Origin: Actinomycetota bacterium
GTDB taxonomy: Bacteria; Actinomycetota; Actinomycetes; Nanopelagicales; Nanopelagicaceae
DNA length: 64,000 nucleotides
Direction: 5' to 3'
Assembly: GCA_009700405.1 (NCBI GenBank)
Contig: WLMD01000001.1
Span: 221-64,220 of the forward strand
The notes below the pieces were generated by a model. That model did no database searches, was not told where the DNA came from, and saw only the letters and a program-made list of their open reading frames with translations. A program made the translations under genes and the position numbers. Below are positions 10,701 through 20,325 of this stretch, one piece after another (the stretch's first letter is position 1; each line of letters begins with the position of its first letter).

Positions 10701-12257
10701 CCGCCACCTCATCATGATATTTATTCCATTGAAGATTTAGCGCAACTAATTCATGATCTTAAGAACGCCAATAAGAACGCCCGCATCCACGTGAAATTAG
10801 TCGCCGAAGTTGGAGTGGGTACGGTTGCAGCTGGTGTAAGTAAAGCGCACGCTGATGTTGTCCTCATCTCCGGCCACGATGGCGGTACAGGTGCATCACC
10901 GCTCACTTCCTTAAAACATGCGGGAGCTCCATGGGAATTAGGTCTGGCCGAAACGCAACAAACGCTTCTGCTCAATGGTTTGCGCGATCGAATAGTTGTA
11001 CAGACTGATGGCCAACTCAAAACAGGACGAGATGTAGTTATTGCTGCACTGCTGGGAGCCGAAGAATTTGGATTTGCTACTGCTCCTTTGGTTGTTTCAG
11101 GGTGTGTCATGATGCGTGTATGTCATCTTGATACATGTCCTGTAGGAGTGGCCACGCAAAACCCCGAACTACGGAAGCGATTCTCGGGAAAGCCAGAATT
11201 TGTTGAAACATTCTTTGAATACATCGCCGAGGAAGTCCGGGAATACTTGGCCGAGATTGGCTATCGCTCAATTGAAGAAGCCGTGGGACATGTTGAAGCA
11301 CTAGATACACGAAGTGCTGTTTCACATTGGAAAGCAAGTGGCTTAGACCTTGCACCCTTGTTAGTGCGACCAAATGTTACTGGGGCATTCCACAACACAA
11401 CTAGGCAAGATCACGGACTTGATGCAGCTCTCGACAACCAGTTGATTGAATTAGCGCAACCCGCTCTTCTTCGAGGCGAACGTGTAGATATAGAGCTGCC
11501 TGTAAGAAATGTGAACCGAACGTTAGCCACAATGCTTGGAGCCGAAATCACACGCAAGTTTGGCAGTGCAGGCTTACCGACTGACACGATTAATTTGACC
11601 TTCCATGGATCTGCAGGTCAGTCTTTAGGAGCATTTATTCCACAAGGATTAACAGTTCGCCTCTTTGGTGATTCCAATGATTATGTAGGTAAAGGCATAT
11701 CCGGCGGTCGAATCATTCTTCGACCAGATGAGAATGCAACATTTCCTTCCCACGAAAATGTTATTGCGGGAAATGTAATCGGATACGGAGCAACATCGGG
11801 GCAGATCCTAATTCGTGGAATTGTTGGAGAGCGTTTCTGTGTTCGCAATTCTGGCGCTGTTGCCGTGGTTGAAGGCATTGGTGACCATGGATGTGAATAC
11901 ATGACTGGTGGATCCGTCGTTGTACTAGGACCCACCGGCCGAAATTTTGCCGCAGGCATGTCTGGCGGTCGGGCCTTTGTGTTAGATATACATCACGAGT
12001 TAGTAAATACAGATATGGCAGACATTGTCGCAGTCCCTGAAGATCAGAAAACTATTCTTCACGACCTTGTGACGAGCTTCTATGAAGAGACCGGCTCCTT
12101 GATTGCAGCTGAGCTGTTGCAAGACTGGGATGTATCTATTGTGCGTTTTTCTATGGTTATGCCACGTGATTACGCACGCGTACTTGAGGCCATGAAGCGA
12201 GCCTTGCAAGAAGGATTGCCTGAAGATACCTATGTTATGGAGGTGGCTCATGTCTGA
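7743..12257 (+). CDS. gltB: Glutamate synthase (GOGAT) large subunit
   Basis: 1504 aa. Amidotransferase N-terminus with a propeptide then CGVAMVA, plus [14 protein letters not shown], the FMN/Fe-S region ([13 protein letters not shown]) and the C-terminal GXGXG domain. Confidence 0.95.
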   Translation: MSGLSDFPPAQGLYDPAYEHDACGVAMVATLNKVATHEIVEKALTALRNLEHRGASGAEPDSGDGAGILICIPDLFFREVLPFELPQNGKYVAGNVFISENEDLRPAIQKLSEEEGLIVLGWRELPTNPSSLGKSALSVMPKFQQLFLSGKNGESGIELDRLAYCLRKRAEHSLSIYFPSLSSKTIVYKGMLTTGQLEEFFPDLSDERVISPLALVHSRFSTNTFPSWPLAHPYRFIAHNGEINTVKGNRNWMRAREALLESDLIPGDLSRLFPIVDVEGSDSASFDQVLELLYLGGRSLAHSILMMIPEAWENHTSMSEKRRDFYSFHSSLMEPWDGPACVTFTDGLQVGAVLDRNGLRPSRYWVTKDGMVVLASEVGVLDIPVEQIVRKGRLQPGKMFLVDIQEGRIIEDEEIKDQLADSAPFGEWIHAGKVKLVDLPSREHIVYPHSSVIRRQRAFGYTEEELRILLTPMAKNGAEPLGSMGTDSPIAALSNRPRLLFDYFSQLFAQVTNPPLDAIREELVTSLAGSIGPEHNLLDPGPASCRQIELDFPVIDNDELAKIIHVNADGDHPGFGAHIVRGLFSVSKDGEGLRTRLAEIRSEVSQAIEEGARLIVLSDRDGDADNAPIPSLLLTSAVHHHLIREKTRTKVGLIVEAGDVREVHHVALLIGYGAAAVNPYLAMESAEDLVLQGVITGITPEKAVRNLIKSLGKGVLKVMSKMGISTIASYTGAQVFEAIGLSHELINEYFTGTTSRLGGIDLDVIAQETIARHHIAYPPGGEIPGTKRLPIGGEYQWRRDGEPHLFDPETVFALQHSTRNKRFDIFKKYTRRINDQSVSLMTLRGLFTFKEGLRPSISIDEVEPVSSIVKRFSTGAMSYGSISLEAHETMAIAMNRLGGKSNTGEGGEDPERYLPMANGDSKRSSIKQVASGRFGVTSEYLINADDIQIKIAQGAKPGEGGQLPGNKVYPWIAKVRYSTPGVGLISPPPHHDIYSIEDLAQLIHDLKNANKNARIHVKLVAEVGVGTVAAGVSKAHADVVLISGHDGGTGASPLTSLKHAGAPWELGLAETQQTLLLNGLRDRIVVQTDGQLKTGRDVVIAALLGAEEFGFATAPLVVSGCVMMRVCHLDTCPVGVATQNPELRKRFSGKPEFVETFFEYIAEEVREYLAEIGYRSIEEAVGHVEALDTRSAVSHWKASGLDLAPLLVRPNVTGAFHNTTRQDHGLDAALDNQLIELAQPALLRGERVDIELPVRNVNRTLATMLGAEITRKFGSAGLPTDTINLTFHGSAGQSLGAFIPQGLTVRLFGDSNDYVGKGISGGRIILRPDENATFPSHENVIAGNVIGYGATSGQILIRGIVGERFCVRNSGAVAVVEGIGDHGCEYMTGGSVVVLGPTGRNFAAGMSGGRAFVLDIHHELVNTDMADIVAVPEDQKTILHDLVTSFYEETGSLIAAELLQDWDVSIVRFSMVMPRDYARVLEAMKRALQEGLPEDTYVMEVAHV

Positions 12258-13704
12258 TCCAAAGGGATTCCTGACTACACCGCGCTCTTTGCCAACACGT
12301 CGGCCAGTTGATGTGCGTATTCATGATTGGAAAGAAGTGTATGAAGACCAAGAGTTCGAAAGCTTGCAACAACAAGCAGGGCGCTGCATGGATTGTGGAA
12401 TTCCTTTTTGTCATCAAGGCTGCCCACTAGGTAACCTCATTCCAGAGTGGAACGATCTCATCTGGCGTGGGGATAAGACAGAGGCAATTGCGCGACTCCA
12501 CGCTACAAATAATTTCCCTGAATTCACTGGTCGTTTATGCCCTGCACCATGCGAGAGTGCGTGCGTCGTTGCAATTAATGCCGATGCAGTCACTATCAAA
12601 CAAGTTGAACTTCGTACTATTGAAGAAGCTTTCGCCTCAGGAAAAGTTCTTCCACTTGCTCCAGATCGCTTAACAGGAAAGACGATTGCCGTCATTGGCT
12701 CAGGTCCCGCGGGGCTAGCAGCAGCGCAACAACTTACACGCGCAGGTCATACCGTTGCCGTATACGAGCGAGCATCCAAAATCGGCGGACTTATGCGTTA
12801 CGGAATTCCAGAATTCAAAATGGAGAAATCAATTCTTGACCGCCGCCTCGTGCAGATGGAACAAGAAGGTACTCGTTTTCGTGCGGGAGTTGATGTTGGT
12901 GCCGAACTAACTGGCCATCAATTGCGGACTCGCTATGACGCCGTCGTATTGGCAGTTGGGTCTACGCAAGCAAGAGATCTTCCAGTGCCTGGGCGCGATC
13001 TCAATGGCATTTTTCAAGCCATGCAATATCTACCATGGGGAAACAAACAAGCATTAGGCGAAATTGATGAGCCACCAATAAATGTCACGGGAAAGCATGT
13101 TGTCATTCTTGGTGGGGGAGATACGGGCGCTGATTGTCTGGGAACTGCCACGCGACAAGGTGCAGCTTCAATTACCCAGTTAGAAATTATGCCAATGCCC
13201 ACTCAAGAGCGACCAAGTGCGCAGCCGTGGCCCATGTATCCGATGATTTATCGGGTTTCCAGCGCCCATGAAGAGCATGACAATCGACTATTTGCGGTCT
13301 CGACCGAGAAATTCATTGGGGATGAATTCGGAAATGTTCGCGCGTTAAGCATTATTGAGACCAGGATGGTTAACGGAAAGTTTGAGCCAGTCCCGGGCAC
13401 AGAGAAGGAAATTCCTGCCGATTTTGTTTTCCTTGCAATGGGATTTATCGGACCTGAAAAAAGTCCACTCTTAACCCAATTAGAAGTTGAATTAGATGAC
13501 CGCGGAAATATACGAAGGAATGAAAACTTCGAAACTACAACCGAAGGAGTCTTTGTTTGCGGTGATGCAGGCCGGGGACAGTCACTGATAGTTTGGGCGA
13601 TTGCCGAAGGTCGAAGTGCGGCAGCAGCCGTTGATACATATCTCACAGGGCGCACGCAATTGCCTGCTCCTATTCCTCCCACTGCCCGTCCGATGATGGT
13701 TTAA
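12250..13704 (+). CDS. gltD: Glutamate synthase small subunit (NADPH)
   Basis: [19 protein letters not shown] and [10 protein letters not shown]. The ATG at 12250 (MSDPKGFL) overlaps the gltB stop by 8 nt. The track start at 12232 is further inside gltB. Confidence 0.9.
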   Translation: MSDPKGFLTTPRSLPTRRPVDVRIHDWKEVYEDQEFESLQQQAGRCMDCGIPFCHQGCPLGNLIPEWNDLIWRGDKTEAIARLHATNNFPEFTGRLCPAPCESACVVAINADAVTIKQVELRTIEEAFASGKVLPLAPDRLTGKTIAVIGSGPAGLAAAQQLTRAGHTVAVYERASKIGGLMRYGIPEFKMEKSILDRRLVQMEQEGTRFRAGVDVGAELTGHQLRTRYDAVVLAVGSTQARDLPVPGRDLNGIFQAMQYLPWGNKQALGEIDEPPINVTGKHVVILGGGDTGADCLGTATRQGAASITQLEIMPMPTQERPSAQPWPMYPMIYRVSSAHEEHDNRLFAVSTEKFIGDEFGNVRALSIIETRMVNGKFEPVPGTEKEIPADFVFLAMGFIGPEKSPLLTQLEVELDDRGNIRRNENFETTTEGVFVCGDAGRGQSLIVWAIAEGRSAAAAVDTYLTGRTQLPAPIPPTARPMMV

Positions 13705-13713
13705 GGTTAAATA

Positions 13714-15153
13714 ATGCGCAGAGCGAAAATAGTTTGCACGATGGGTCCGGCAGTTGAGTCGGAAGAGAAAGTTCGAGAGCTCATAGCTGCAGGTATGAAT
13801 ATGGCGAGATTGAACCTCTCTCATGGAAGTTATGAGGAGCATCAACTGCGCTATGACCGCGTTCGGGCGGCTGCGAAAGAATCCGGAAGTGCGATAGCAA
13901 TACTCGTTGATCTGCAAGGACCTAAGATTCGTTTGGCTCGTTTTGCACATGGCCCTCACGAGCTATCTCGTGGAGATATTTTCACTATTACTACTGATGA
14001 AATTGAAGGAACTAAAGAACGTGTGGGAACTACTTATAAAGGATTGCCAGGGGATTGCAAAGCGGGCGACCGCATTCTCATTGATGATGGCAAAGTTACG
14101 GTCGAAGTTGTTGAAGTCAAAGGCAATGATGTCGTAACAAAAGTTATCGAACCTGGATTTGTAAGCAACAACAAAGGAATCAACTTGCCTGGTGTTGCGG
14201 TATCTGTTCCTGCAATGTCGGAAAAAGATATTGAAGATCTCCGCTGGGGACTTAAAATCGGAGCAGATTTCATCGCACTCTCATTCGTGCGAAGTGGCGA
14301 TGACATCAATGACGTACATCGGATTATGGATGAAGAAGGTATTCGAATTCCAGTAATAGCAAAGATAGAAAAACCCCAAGCGGTCGATAACCTGCAAGAA
14401 ATTGTTGATGCTTTCGATGGCATCATGGTGGCGCGCGGAGACCTAGGTGTCGAACTACCTATTGAAGATGTCCCGTTAGTTCAAAAACGTTGCGTAGAGA
14501 TGGCTCGTGAAGCTGCTAAGCCAGTAATTGTTGCTACGCAAATGTTGGATTCGATGATGACTAATTCCAGACCAACACGTGCAGAGGCCACCGATTGTGC
14601 TAATGCGGTACTAGACGGTGCCGATGCACTGATGCTCTCTGGTGAGACAAGCGTTGGAGAATTCCCCATTGAGACTGTTATGACAATGGCTCGGATTATT
14701 GAAAAGACTGAAGAAGGTGGCTTGGAAAGAATCCGCCCATTGCAGCATTCCCCTAAAACAAAAGGTGGAGCCATTACAAAGGCTGCTAAAGAAGTAGGTG
14801 AAACCGTTGGAGCTAGATTTCTTGTGGCATTTACAAAGAGTGGCGACTCTGCACGACGTATGGCGAGATTGCGCTCTGCCATTCCAATTTTGGCCCTCAC
14901 TCCAGATTCTGGCACCTACAACCGAATGGCACTTTCGTGGGGGGTCGAACCTCTTATCGCCCCAGTTGTAAGCACTACAGATGAGATGGTCAAGCAAGTT
15001 GACTCCGTGCTGATCGAGACTCGGCGAGCGCACATTGGCGAGCTCATCATCATCGTTGCCGGCTCGCCTCCGGGAATACCAGGCTCAACAAATGCGATGC
15101 GTGTTCACTGTATTGGCGATGCAATTGGCGGCTTGGCCGCTGCATATCGCTAG
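13714..15153 (+). CDS. pyk: Pyruvate kinase
   Basis: MRRAKIVCTMGPA, NLSHG, IAKIEK and MVARGDLGVE. Confidence 0.93.
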   Translation: MRRAKIVCTMGPAVESEEKVRELIAAGMNMARLNLSHGSYEEHQLRYDRVRAAAKESGSAIAILVDLQGPKIRLARFAHGPHELSRGDIFTITTDEIEGTKERVGTTYKGLPGDCKAGDRILIDDGKVTVEVVEVKGNDVVTKVIEPGFVSNNKGINLPGVAVSVPAMSEKDIEDLRWGLKIGADFIALSFVRSGDDINDVHRIMDEEGIRIPVIAKIEKPQAVDNLQEIVDAFDGIMVARGDLGVELPIEDVPLVQKRCVEMAREAAKPVIVATQMLDSMMTNSRPTRAEATDCANAVLDGADALMLSGETSVGEFPIETVMTMARIIEKTEEGGLERIRPLQHSPKTKGGAITKAAKEVGETVGARFLVAFTKSGDSARRMARLRSAIPILALTPDSGTYNRMALSWGVEPLIAPVVSTTDEMVKQVDSVLIETRRAHIGELIIIVAGSPPGIPGSTNAMRVHCIGDAIGGLAAAYR

Positions 15154-15164
15154 ACTAAGCACAC

Positions 15165-15237
15165 GCCTCGGTACTCCAACGGTAGAGAGGGCAGTCTCAA
15201 ACACTGCATAGTGTCGGTTCGAATCCGACTCGGGGCA
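15165..15237 (+). tRNA. tRNA with anticodon CAA (Leu identity features) but a class-I-length variable loop
   Basis: Hand-folded cloverleaf. The acceptor stem GCCTCGG/TCGGGGC has 7 bp including 2 G-U pairs, followed by U8. The D-arm is a 3-bp CTC/GAG stem with loop CAACGGTAGA, giving A14, A15 and G18G19. The anticodon stem is GCAGT/ACTGC with loop CT-CAA-AC (U33, A37), and the anticodon is at 15198-15200. The variable loop is ATAGT (5 nt). The T-arm is GTCGG-TTCGAAT-CCGAC and the discriminator is A73. No CCA is encoded. Confidence 0.75.
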
Positions 15238-15238
15238 C

Positions 15239-15832
15239 ATGAGTTCATCAGATGCACATAAGCCAAGGATCTTGGTAGCCGAAGACGAAACCCTCATTCG
15301 CATGGACCTTGTAGAAATGCTCATCGAAGCTGGATATGACGTGGTTGCCCAGGCGAGTAATGGCGAAGAAGCAATCGCATTAGCTCAGGAACACAAACCA
15401 GATCTAGCAATACTTGATGTAAAGATGCCGGTGATGGATGGGATTACTGCGGCACAAACAATTATTTCTATTGCTCCGGTATTAATGCTGACCGCCTTTA
15501 GTCAAAAAGAATTAGTTGACAGAGCGCGAGACGCTGGCGTGATGGCCTACGTCGTGAAGCCATTTTCTATCAACGATTTGGTGCCGGCTATGGAAATAGC
15601 TATGAGTCGCCATGCCCAAATGACCTCTTTGGCGGCTGAGGTGGCCGACCTGCATGAGCGCCTTGAGACGAGGAAGCTTGTTGATAGGGCTAAAGGAATC
15701 TTGATGGCTGCACTCAACCTCTCCGAACCCCAGGCCTTTTCTTGGATTCAAAGGGCTGCCATGGATAGGCGCCTAAGCATGAAAGAGGTCGCACTAGCAG
15801 TAATTTCCCCGTCTGCGGTGCCCGAGCGGTAG
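15239..15832 (+). CDS. pdtaR: ANTAR-domain response regulator (PdtaR-like RNA-binding antiterminator)
   Basis: Receiver domain (RILVAEDE, DVKMP, LTAFS, KPF) plus a C-terminal ANTAR helix bundle (LETRKLVDRAKGILM...IQRAAMDRR). Close colinear similarity to mycobacterial PdtaR, from memory. Confidence 0.88.
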   Translation: MSSSDAHKPRILVAEDETLIRMDLVEMLIEAGYDVVAQASNGEEAIALAQEHKPDLAILDVKMPVMDGITAAQTIISIAPVLMLTAFSQKELVDRARDAGVMAYVVKPFSINDLVPAMEIAMSRHAQMTSLAAEVADLHERLETRKLVDRAKGILMAALNLSEPQAFSWIQRAAMDRRLSMKEVALAVISPSAVPER

Positions 15833-15888
15833 CCCTTTGATTTACTGAAATGCGGGATTAAGGGTTATCTAAAAGTTATACGAAGGTC

Positions 15889-15915
15889 GGGCCTGGGGTT
15901 GGCGAAACCCCCAGG
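15889..15915 (+). terminator. GC-rich hairpin downstream of pdtaR with no U-tract (possible I-shaped terminator or leader structure of the liv operon)
   Basis: CCTGGGG(TT) at 15891-15899 pairs with (AA)C-CCCCAGG up to 15914. That gives 7 bp, one bulged C and 2 more bp around a 5-nt loop, plus a flanking G-C pair. No T-run follows. Confidence 0.35.
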
Positions 15916-15990
15916 CTGGGGCATACTTCCCGATACATAAGAAGCATCTATCCCGGTCTTCTTACATTCGAATGAAGGGAACACTGTTAC

Positions 15991-17238
15991 ATGAAAAAAA
16001 ACCACAAGGCTATTGCAGCCCTTGGTGTCGTAACTTTGGCGATGAGCATCATGGGATCTCCTATTGCTCAGTCCGCAAGCGTTGTTACATTGACTGTTTC
16101 ATCTGACCTACCTCTGCAGGGTGGATCTGCTGATCAGAGCGAGTCAACAAATAACGTTATCAAGTTGCTTCTCAAGCAAATGGGAAACAAAGCTGGAAAG
16201 TACAAGATTAAGTTCAAGATTTACGATGACTCAACAGCAGCTAAGGGTTCATGGGACGATGCACAGTGCGCATCTAATGCACAAGCACACGTAGCCAACA
16301 GAACTGAAATGGCCGTTATGGGTACATACAACTCAGGTTGCGCAAAGATCATCGTTCCAGTACTTAACCAAGATCCAAAGGGTCCAATGGTTATGGTTTC
16401 AAATGCAAATACAAACCCTGGTCTAACCAAGGCTTGGAACCCAGGCGAGCCAACTAAGTACTACCCAACAGGTTTCCGCAACTACTTCCGTGTTGTCACA
16501 ACTGATGATTTCCAAGGATCAGCTGCTGCACAATTCGCAAAGAGCCAGGGCGTTAAGTCTGTTTATGTTCTCAACGACACACAGACCTACGGTCAAGGTG
16601 TTGCACAAGCTTTCACAACTGAAGCCAACAAAATCGGTTTGAAAGTTCTTTCTGATGGAACTGCAGGAGAAGGTTGGGATGCTAAGCAACCTAACTACGA
16701 AGCCTTGTTCACAAAGATTAAGGCTACAAATCCTGACATGGTTTACATCGGCGGAATCTTCGATCTCAACGGTGGACAGCTTGTTAAGGACAAAGTCAAG
16801 GTCCTTGGCGATAACAAGACCGTTAAGTTGATGGCACCAGACGGATTTACTGGATACCCAGATTTCTTGGCACTTCCAGAAGCTGATGGCGCATACCTAT
16901 CATTCACAGGTCTTTCAATTGACCTATTCCCAAAGAATGGTAAAGCTGCTCAATTCCAGAAGGATTACTTCAAGGAATACGGCAAGGCTCCTACAAGCTC
17001 ATTCTCCGTTTACGGTGGAGCAGCTATGCAGGCAATCCTTGATGCGATTTCACGTTCAAACGGAACTCGCAAGGATGTATTCCAGAAGATGAAGTCTGTA
17101 AACATTCCAGCTGCTAAGTCAGTTGTTGGAACAGCAATTAAGTTCGATGATGCTGGTGACACTGTTTACCACGACATCACAATTCTTGTAGTGAAGAACA
17201 ACACAGAAACTACACTCAAGAAGATCTCAGTTAAGTAA
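15991..17238 (+). CDS. ABC transporter substrate-binding protein, LivK/AmiC (type 1 periplasmic binding protein) family
   Basis: N-terminal signal sequence MKKNHKAIAALGVVTLAMSIMGSPIAQSA. Length and composition are typical of branched-chain amino acid, amide or urea binding proteins, and livHMGF-type genes follow. Codon usage looks strongly biased by eye, which suggests high expression. Confidence 0.85.
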   Translation: MKKNHKAIAALGVVTLAMSIMGSPIAQSASVVTLTVSSDLPLQGGSADQSESTNNVIKLLLKQMGNKAGKYKIKFKIYDDSTAAKGSWDDAQCASNAQAHVANRTEMAVMGTYNSGCAKIIVPVLNQDPKGPMVMVSNANTNPGLTKAWNPGEPTKYYPTGFRNYFRVVTTDDFQGSAAAQFAKSQGVKSVYVLNDTQTYGQGVAQAFTTEANKIGLKVLSDGTAGEGWDAKQPNYEALFTKIKATNPDMVYIGGIFDLNGGQLVKDKVKVLGDNKTVKLMAPDGFTGYPDFLALPEADGAYLSFTGLSIDLFPKNGKAAQFQKDYFKEYGKAPTSSFSVYGGAAMQAILDAISRSNGTRKDVFQKMKSVNIPAAKSVVGTAIKFDDAGDTVYHDITILVVKNNTETTLKKISVK

Positions 17239-17250
17239 TACATCTGTACT

Positions 17251-17292
17251 AAGTGGGTGGTTTTGGGTTATTCCAAAACCACCCACTTATTT
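17251..17292 (+). terminator. Perfect 16-bp hairpin after the binding-protein gene (intrinsic terminator, attenuator or stabiliser)
   Basis: AAGTGGGTGGTTTTGG (17251-17266), loop GTTATT, CCAAAACCACCCACTT (17273-17288), followed by ATTTAAA. Confidence 0.7.
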
Positions 17293-17390
17293 AAATGCGC
17301 AAATCATTACGAAATGGGGCAAGTATTTTGACTATCAATAATGAAACAAAGAAATTCTCTGGTACTCGCGGTCAAATTAGGCGGAAGAGA

Positions 17391-18380
17391 ATGGAAGTTT
17401 CAGGAGCATCTTTGGTTGGTTTACTCTTAATCATTTGGCTCGGAGTGAATCTCATTAAGGCGCCTACTCAGTTCGCTCAAGTTTCAGTCCTTGGACTTCG
17501 CAACGGTCTCCTGTACGCACTTATTGCTCTTGGATACACACTTGTTTATGGAATTATCGAATTAATTAACTTTGCTCATGGCGATCTCTTTATGTTGGGC
17601 GCACTTTTCTCCTCATATTTCATCACCATTTGGTTTCACCAAAAAGAGTCGAATTTGGCCGGCTGGATTACTTTCGGATTCGCATTGATTGGATCAATGC
17701 TTTTCTGCGGAACTATCAACGTACTCATTGAAAGATTTGCCTATCGCAGGTTGCGTCGAGCTCCAAAGTTGGCTCCGCTTATCACCGCAGTTGGTATGTC
17801 ATTTTTATTGCAATTTATTGGCATCAAGTGGAATGGCTCCACTCCTCGCCAATGGCCAACAGTAATTCCACATGGCGACTTTGTCGTGGCAGGCGTAATC
17901 ATCAGCCAGGTAACTTTGATTTTGATCTTGGTAGCAGCCCCTCTCTTGTCGGTCTTAACCTACGTTGTAAATAAGACCAAGCGCGGAAAGGCAATGCGAG
18001 CCACAGCCCAAGATCAAGATGCTGCTCGTTTGATGGGAATTAACGTCAACAAAACAATTTCTTTCACCTTCGCAATTGGCGGCGCCCTTGCAGGTGCTGC
18101 TGGGCTGCTCTATCAGCAGTCAGTAGGAACCACTAACTACAACCTAGGTTTCCAACTGGGCCTCATAGCATTTACATCTGCGGTCTTGGGCGGAATTGGT
18201 AATCTCAACGGCGCGGTACTTGGAGCACTTCTCATTGGTGTCGTTCAAGGACTTAATGACGGATTACCGATTGCTCTTGGACAACGATGGTCGCAAACTG
18301 TTGTCTTTACAATCTTGATTCTGATTCTGGTTATTAAACCTGCCGGTCTCCTCGGCAAAGTCACTACGGAAAAGGTGTGA
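17391..18380 (+). CDS. livH: Branched-chain amino acid ABC transporter permease (LivH type)
   Basis: ALGYTLVYGIIELINFAHGD. The ATG at 17391 has a GGAAGAG Shine-Dalgarno. The track start at 17295 lies 7 nt after the hairpin and adds 32 non-hydrophobic residues, so it is possible but less likely. Confidence 0.85.
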   Translation: MEVSGASLVGLLLIIWLGVNLIKAPTQFAQVSVLGLRNGLLYALIALGYTLVYGIIELINFAHGDLFMLGALFSSYFITIWFHQKESNLAGWITFGFALIGSMLFCGTINVLIERFAYRRLRRAPKLAPLITAVGMSFLLQFIGIKWNGSTPRQWPTVIPHGDFVVAGVIISQVTLILILVAAPLLSVLTYVVNKTKRGKAMRATAQDQDAARLMGINVNKTISFTFAIGGALAGAAGLLYQQSVGTTNYNLGFQLGLIAFTSAVLGGIGNLNGAVLGALLIGVVQGLNDGLPIALGQRWSQTVVFTILILILVIKPAGLLGKVTTEKV

Positions 18381-19534
18381 AAATGGCTCGTTCCTCACAA
18401 AGAAAATGGGTTACTGGTTACTTAATCGCGGTAGCAGCAATTTTCATCATCTATCAGTTCCTCTTTCCGTGGGAAGGTTTGCCTATCGGGATTTATGATT
18501 TTCTGCAGCTGTGGTTGCCACCTACTGCGGTAAACGAATCATTGGTTTACGTAATTTGCGCGCTAGGTCTCAATATCGTTGTTGGATATGCAGGCTTGCT
18601 CGACCTTGGATACGTTGCATTCTGGGCCATCGGCGGATATTGCGCGGGATGGTTTATGTCTGAATTCTTCTATCAGATCAACCTGCACTTCTTCGGATCA
18701 GTTGCTCGTACCGCCCCTGGAATTCACGTAAATTTCTGGGGAGTGCTGCTCATCGGCGGATTAGTGTGTGCATTCTTTGGAATTCTCATCGGCGGGCCGA
18801 CACTTCGCCTAAAGAGTGATTACCTTGCAATCGTTACATTGGGGTTTGGAGAAATTATTCCCCAGGTCTTCTTCAATGGAGACGATATTGCTGGTTTCAA
18901 CCTTTCCAATGGAACCAAGGGAATTACAATTTTGGATCCAATTCCGGTGGGAGCCAAGAACATTGGTCCCTTTGATTTTGGTTATAAATTCATCATTTTC
19001 GTTCTTCTGGCAGCACTCATGGTCTTTATTTCGTTGCGCTTGCGCAAGGGCAAACTAGGCCGTGCATGGCTTGCAATTCGTGAGGATGAGTTAGCAGCAA
19101 GCATGATGGGTGTTCCTTTGATGCAGACGAAGTTGTCGGCTTACGCTGTTGGAGCATTTGCTGGAGGATTGGGTGGTGTTGCATTTGCGACACACGTAGA
19201 TGGCGTGTATGCCGAGCGATTCAATTTCTCTATCTCCATCTTCTTACTAGCAATGGTTGTTCTAGGTGGAATGGGAAATGTCTGGGGAGTAATCATCGGG
19301 GCGCTCTTGCTTTCGTGGATAAACTCAACGGGACTTCCCGCCTTCGGGACAACATTCAATGACAAATTTGGCACGTCGATCAACTTCCCTTCATTTACCT
19401 TCTTGTTATTTGGGTTGGTCTTGATATTAATGATGTTATATAAACGCGAAGGCTTGATTCCTGAATCGCGCCTGCGTCTAATTCTTCACGAGGGTGATGC
19501 TGAAGAAGACCTAACGAGCAAGGAGAGTAAATAA
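18377..19534 (+). CDS. livM: Branched-chain amino acid ABC transporter permease (LivM type)
   Basis: GLLDLGYVAFWAIGGY and a polytopic profile. Start is GTG at 18377 (overlaps the livH stop) or ATG at 18383. Confidence 0.85.
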   Translation: MKMARSSQRKWVTGYLIAVAAIFIIYQFLFPWEGLPIGIYDFLQLWLPPTAVNESLVYVICALGLNIVVGYAGLLDLGYVAFWAIGGYCAGWFMSEFFYQINLHFFGSVARTAPGIHVNFWGVLLIGGLVCAFFGILIGGPTLRLKSDYLAIVTLGFGEIIPQVFFNGDDIAGFNLSNGTKGITILDPIPVGAKNIGPFDFGYKFIIFVLLAALMVFISLRLRKGKLGRAWLAIREDELAASMMGVPLMQTKLSAYAVGAFAGGLGGVAFATHVDGVYAERFNFSISIFLLAMVVLGGMGNVWGVIIGALLLSWINSTGLPAFGTTFNDKFGTSINFPSFTFLLFGLVLILMMLYKREGLIPESRLRLILHEGDAEEDLTSKESK

Positions 19535-19536
19535 AG

Positions 19537-20325
19537 ATGGCACTCTCTACAAATAATGTCCTGCTTGCATCAAATATCAGTGTTCAATTTGGTGGCTTGC
19601 TTGCCGTCAATGACGTGACATTTGGCATTCCAGAAAAATCAGTAGTCTCGCTTATCGGTCCAAACGGAGCCGGCAAGACAACATTCTTTAATGTGATTAC
19701 TGGTTTGTATAAGCCTTCATCTGGAACCGTTAACTATGACGGAACTGATACAACAGATTTACCTCCGCATAAAATTGCAGCGTTGGGAATGGCACGTACT
19801 TTTCAGAATATTCGCCTCTTTGGTCTTATGACCGCAGAGGAAAATCTTCTGGTCGCCATGCATTCCCATCTTAAATCTGGAATTCTTGCGACAATTGTGG
19901 GTACGCCATCTCAGCGCAAAGAAGAGAAGGAATCGTTAGACCGAGCCCGTGAAATTCTTGATTTCGTTGGTATCGGCAAGTGGGCAGGGGAATATGCACG
20001 TAACCTTTCCTACGGAGATCAGCGACGCTTAGAAGTAGCCCGCGCCCTTGCGCTCAATCCAAAAGTTCTCCTTCTGGATGAACCAACGGCAGGTATGAAC
20101 CCACAAGAGTCTCAAGTGTTCATTGATTTCGTATACAAGGTTCGAGCAGAGCGAGATGTTGCTATTTTGCTTATTGAGCACGATATGAAAGTTGTCATGA
20201 GCGTTTCGGAGCGAGTTACCGTGCTTGACCAAGGTGAAAAAATCGCTGAAGGCACACCGGATGAAATCAGATCTAACCAACGAGTTATCGAGGCTTACTT
20301 AGGTAAAGCTAAGGGAGGCAAGTAA
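19537..20325 (+). CDS. livG: ABC transporter ATP-binding protein (LivG type)
   Basis: Walker A GPNGAGKTT, signature YGDQRRLEVARAL, Walker B LLLDEPTAGMNP. Confidence 0.9.
   Translation: MALSTNNVLLASNISVQFGGLLAVNDVTFGIPEKSVVSLIGPNGAGKTTFFNVITGLYKPSSGTVNYDGTDTTDLPPHKIAALGMARTFQNIRLFGLMTAEENLLVAMHSHLKSGILATIVGTPSQRKEEKESLDRAREILDFVGIGKWAGEYARNLSYGDQRRLEVARALALNPKVLLLDEPTAGMNPQESQVFIDFVYKVRAERDVAILLIEHDMKVVMSVSERVTVLDQGEKIAEGTPDEIRSNQRVIEAYLGKAKGGK

Noticed and set aside
15165-15237. Reading the tRNA on the minus strand, where the loop would give anticodon TTG (Gln).
   Set aside because: Only the plus strand places the TTCGAAT T-loop near the 3' end, GG in the D-loop, U33 and purine-37 correctly. 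The minus-strand fold puts a T-arm-like element at the 5' end.
15833-15990. Search for the canonical ANTAR target: two tandem hairpins with hexaloops carrying A at position 1 and G at position 4.
   Set aside because: The hairpins present have a 5-nt loop (GGCGA), a CATACT hexaloop and a 13-nt loop, and none fits the A1/G4 rule. The regulator-target link is therefore reported only as a hypothesis.
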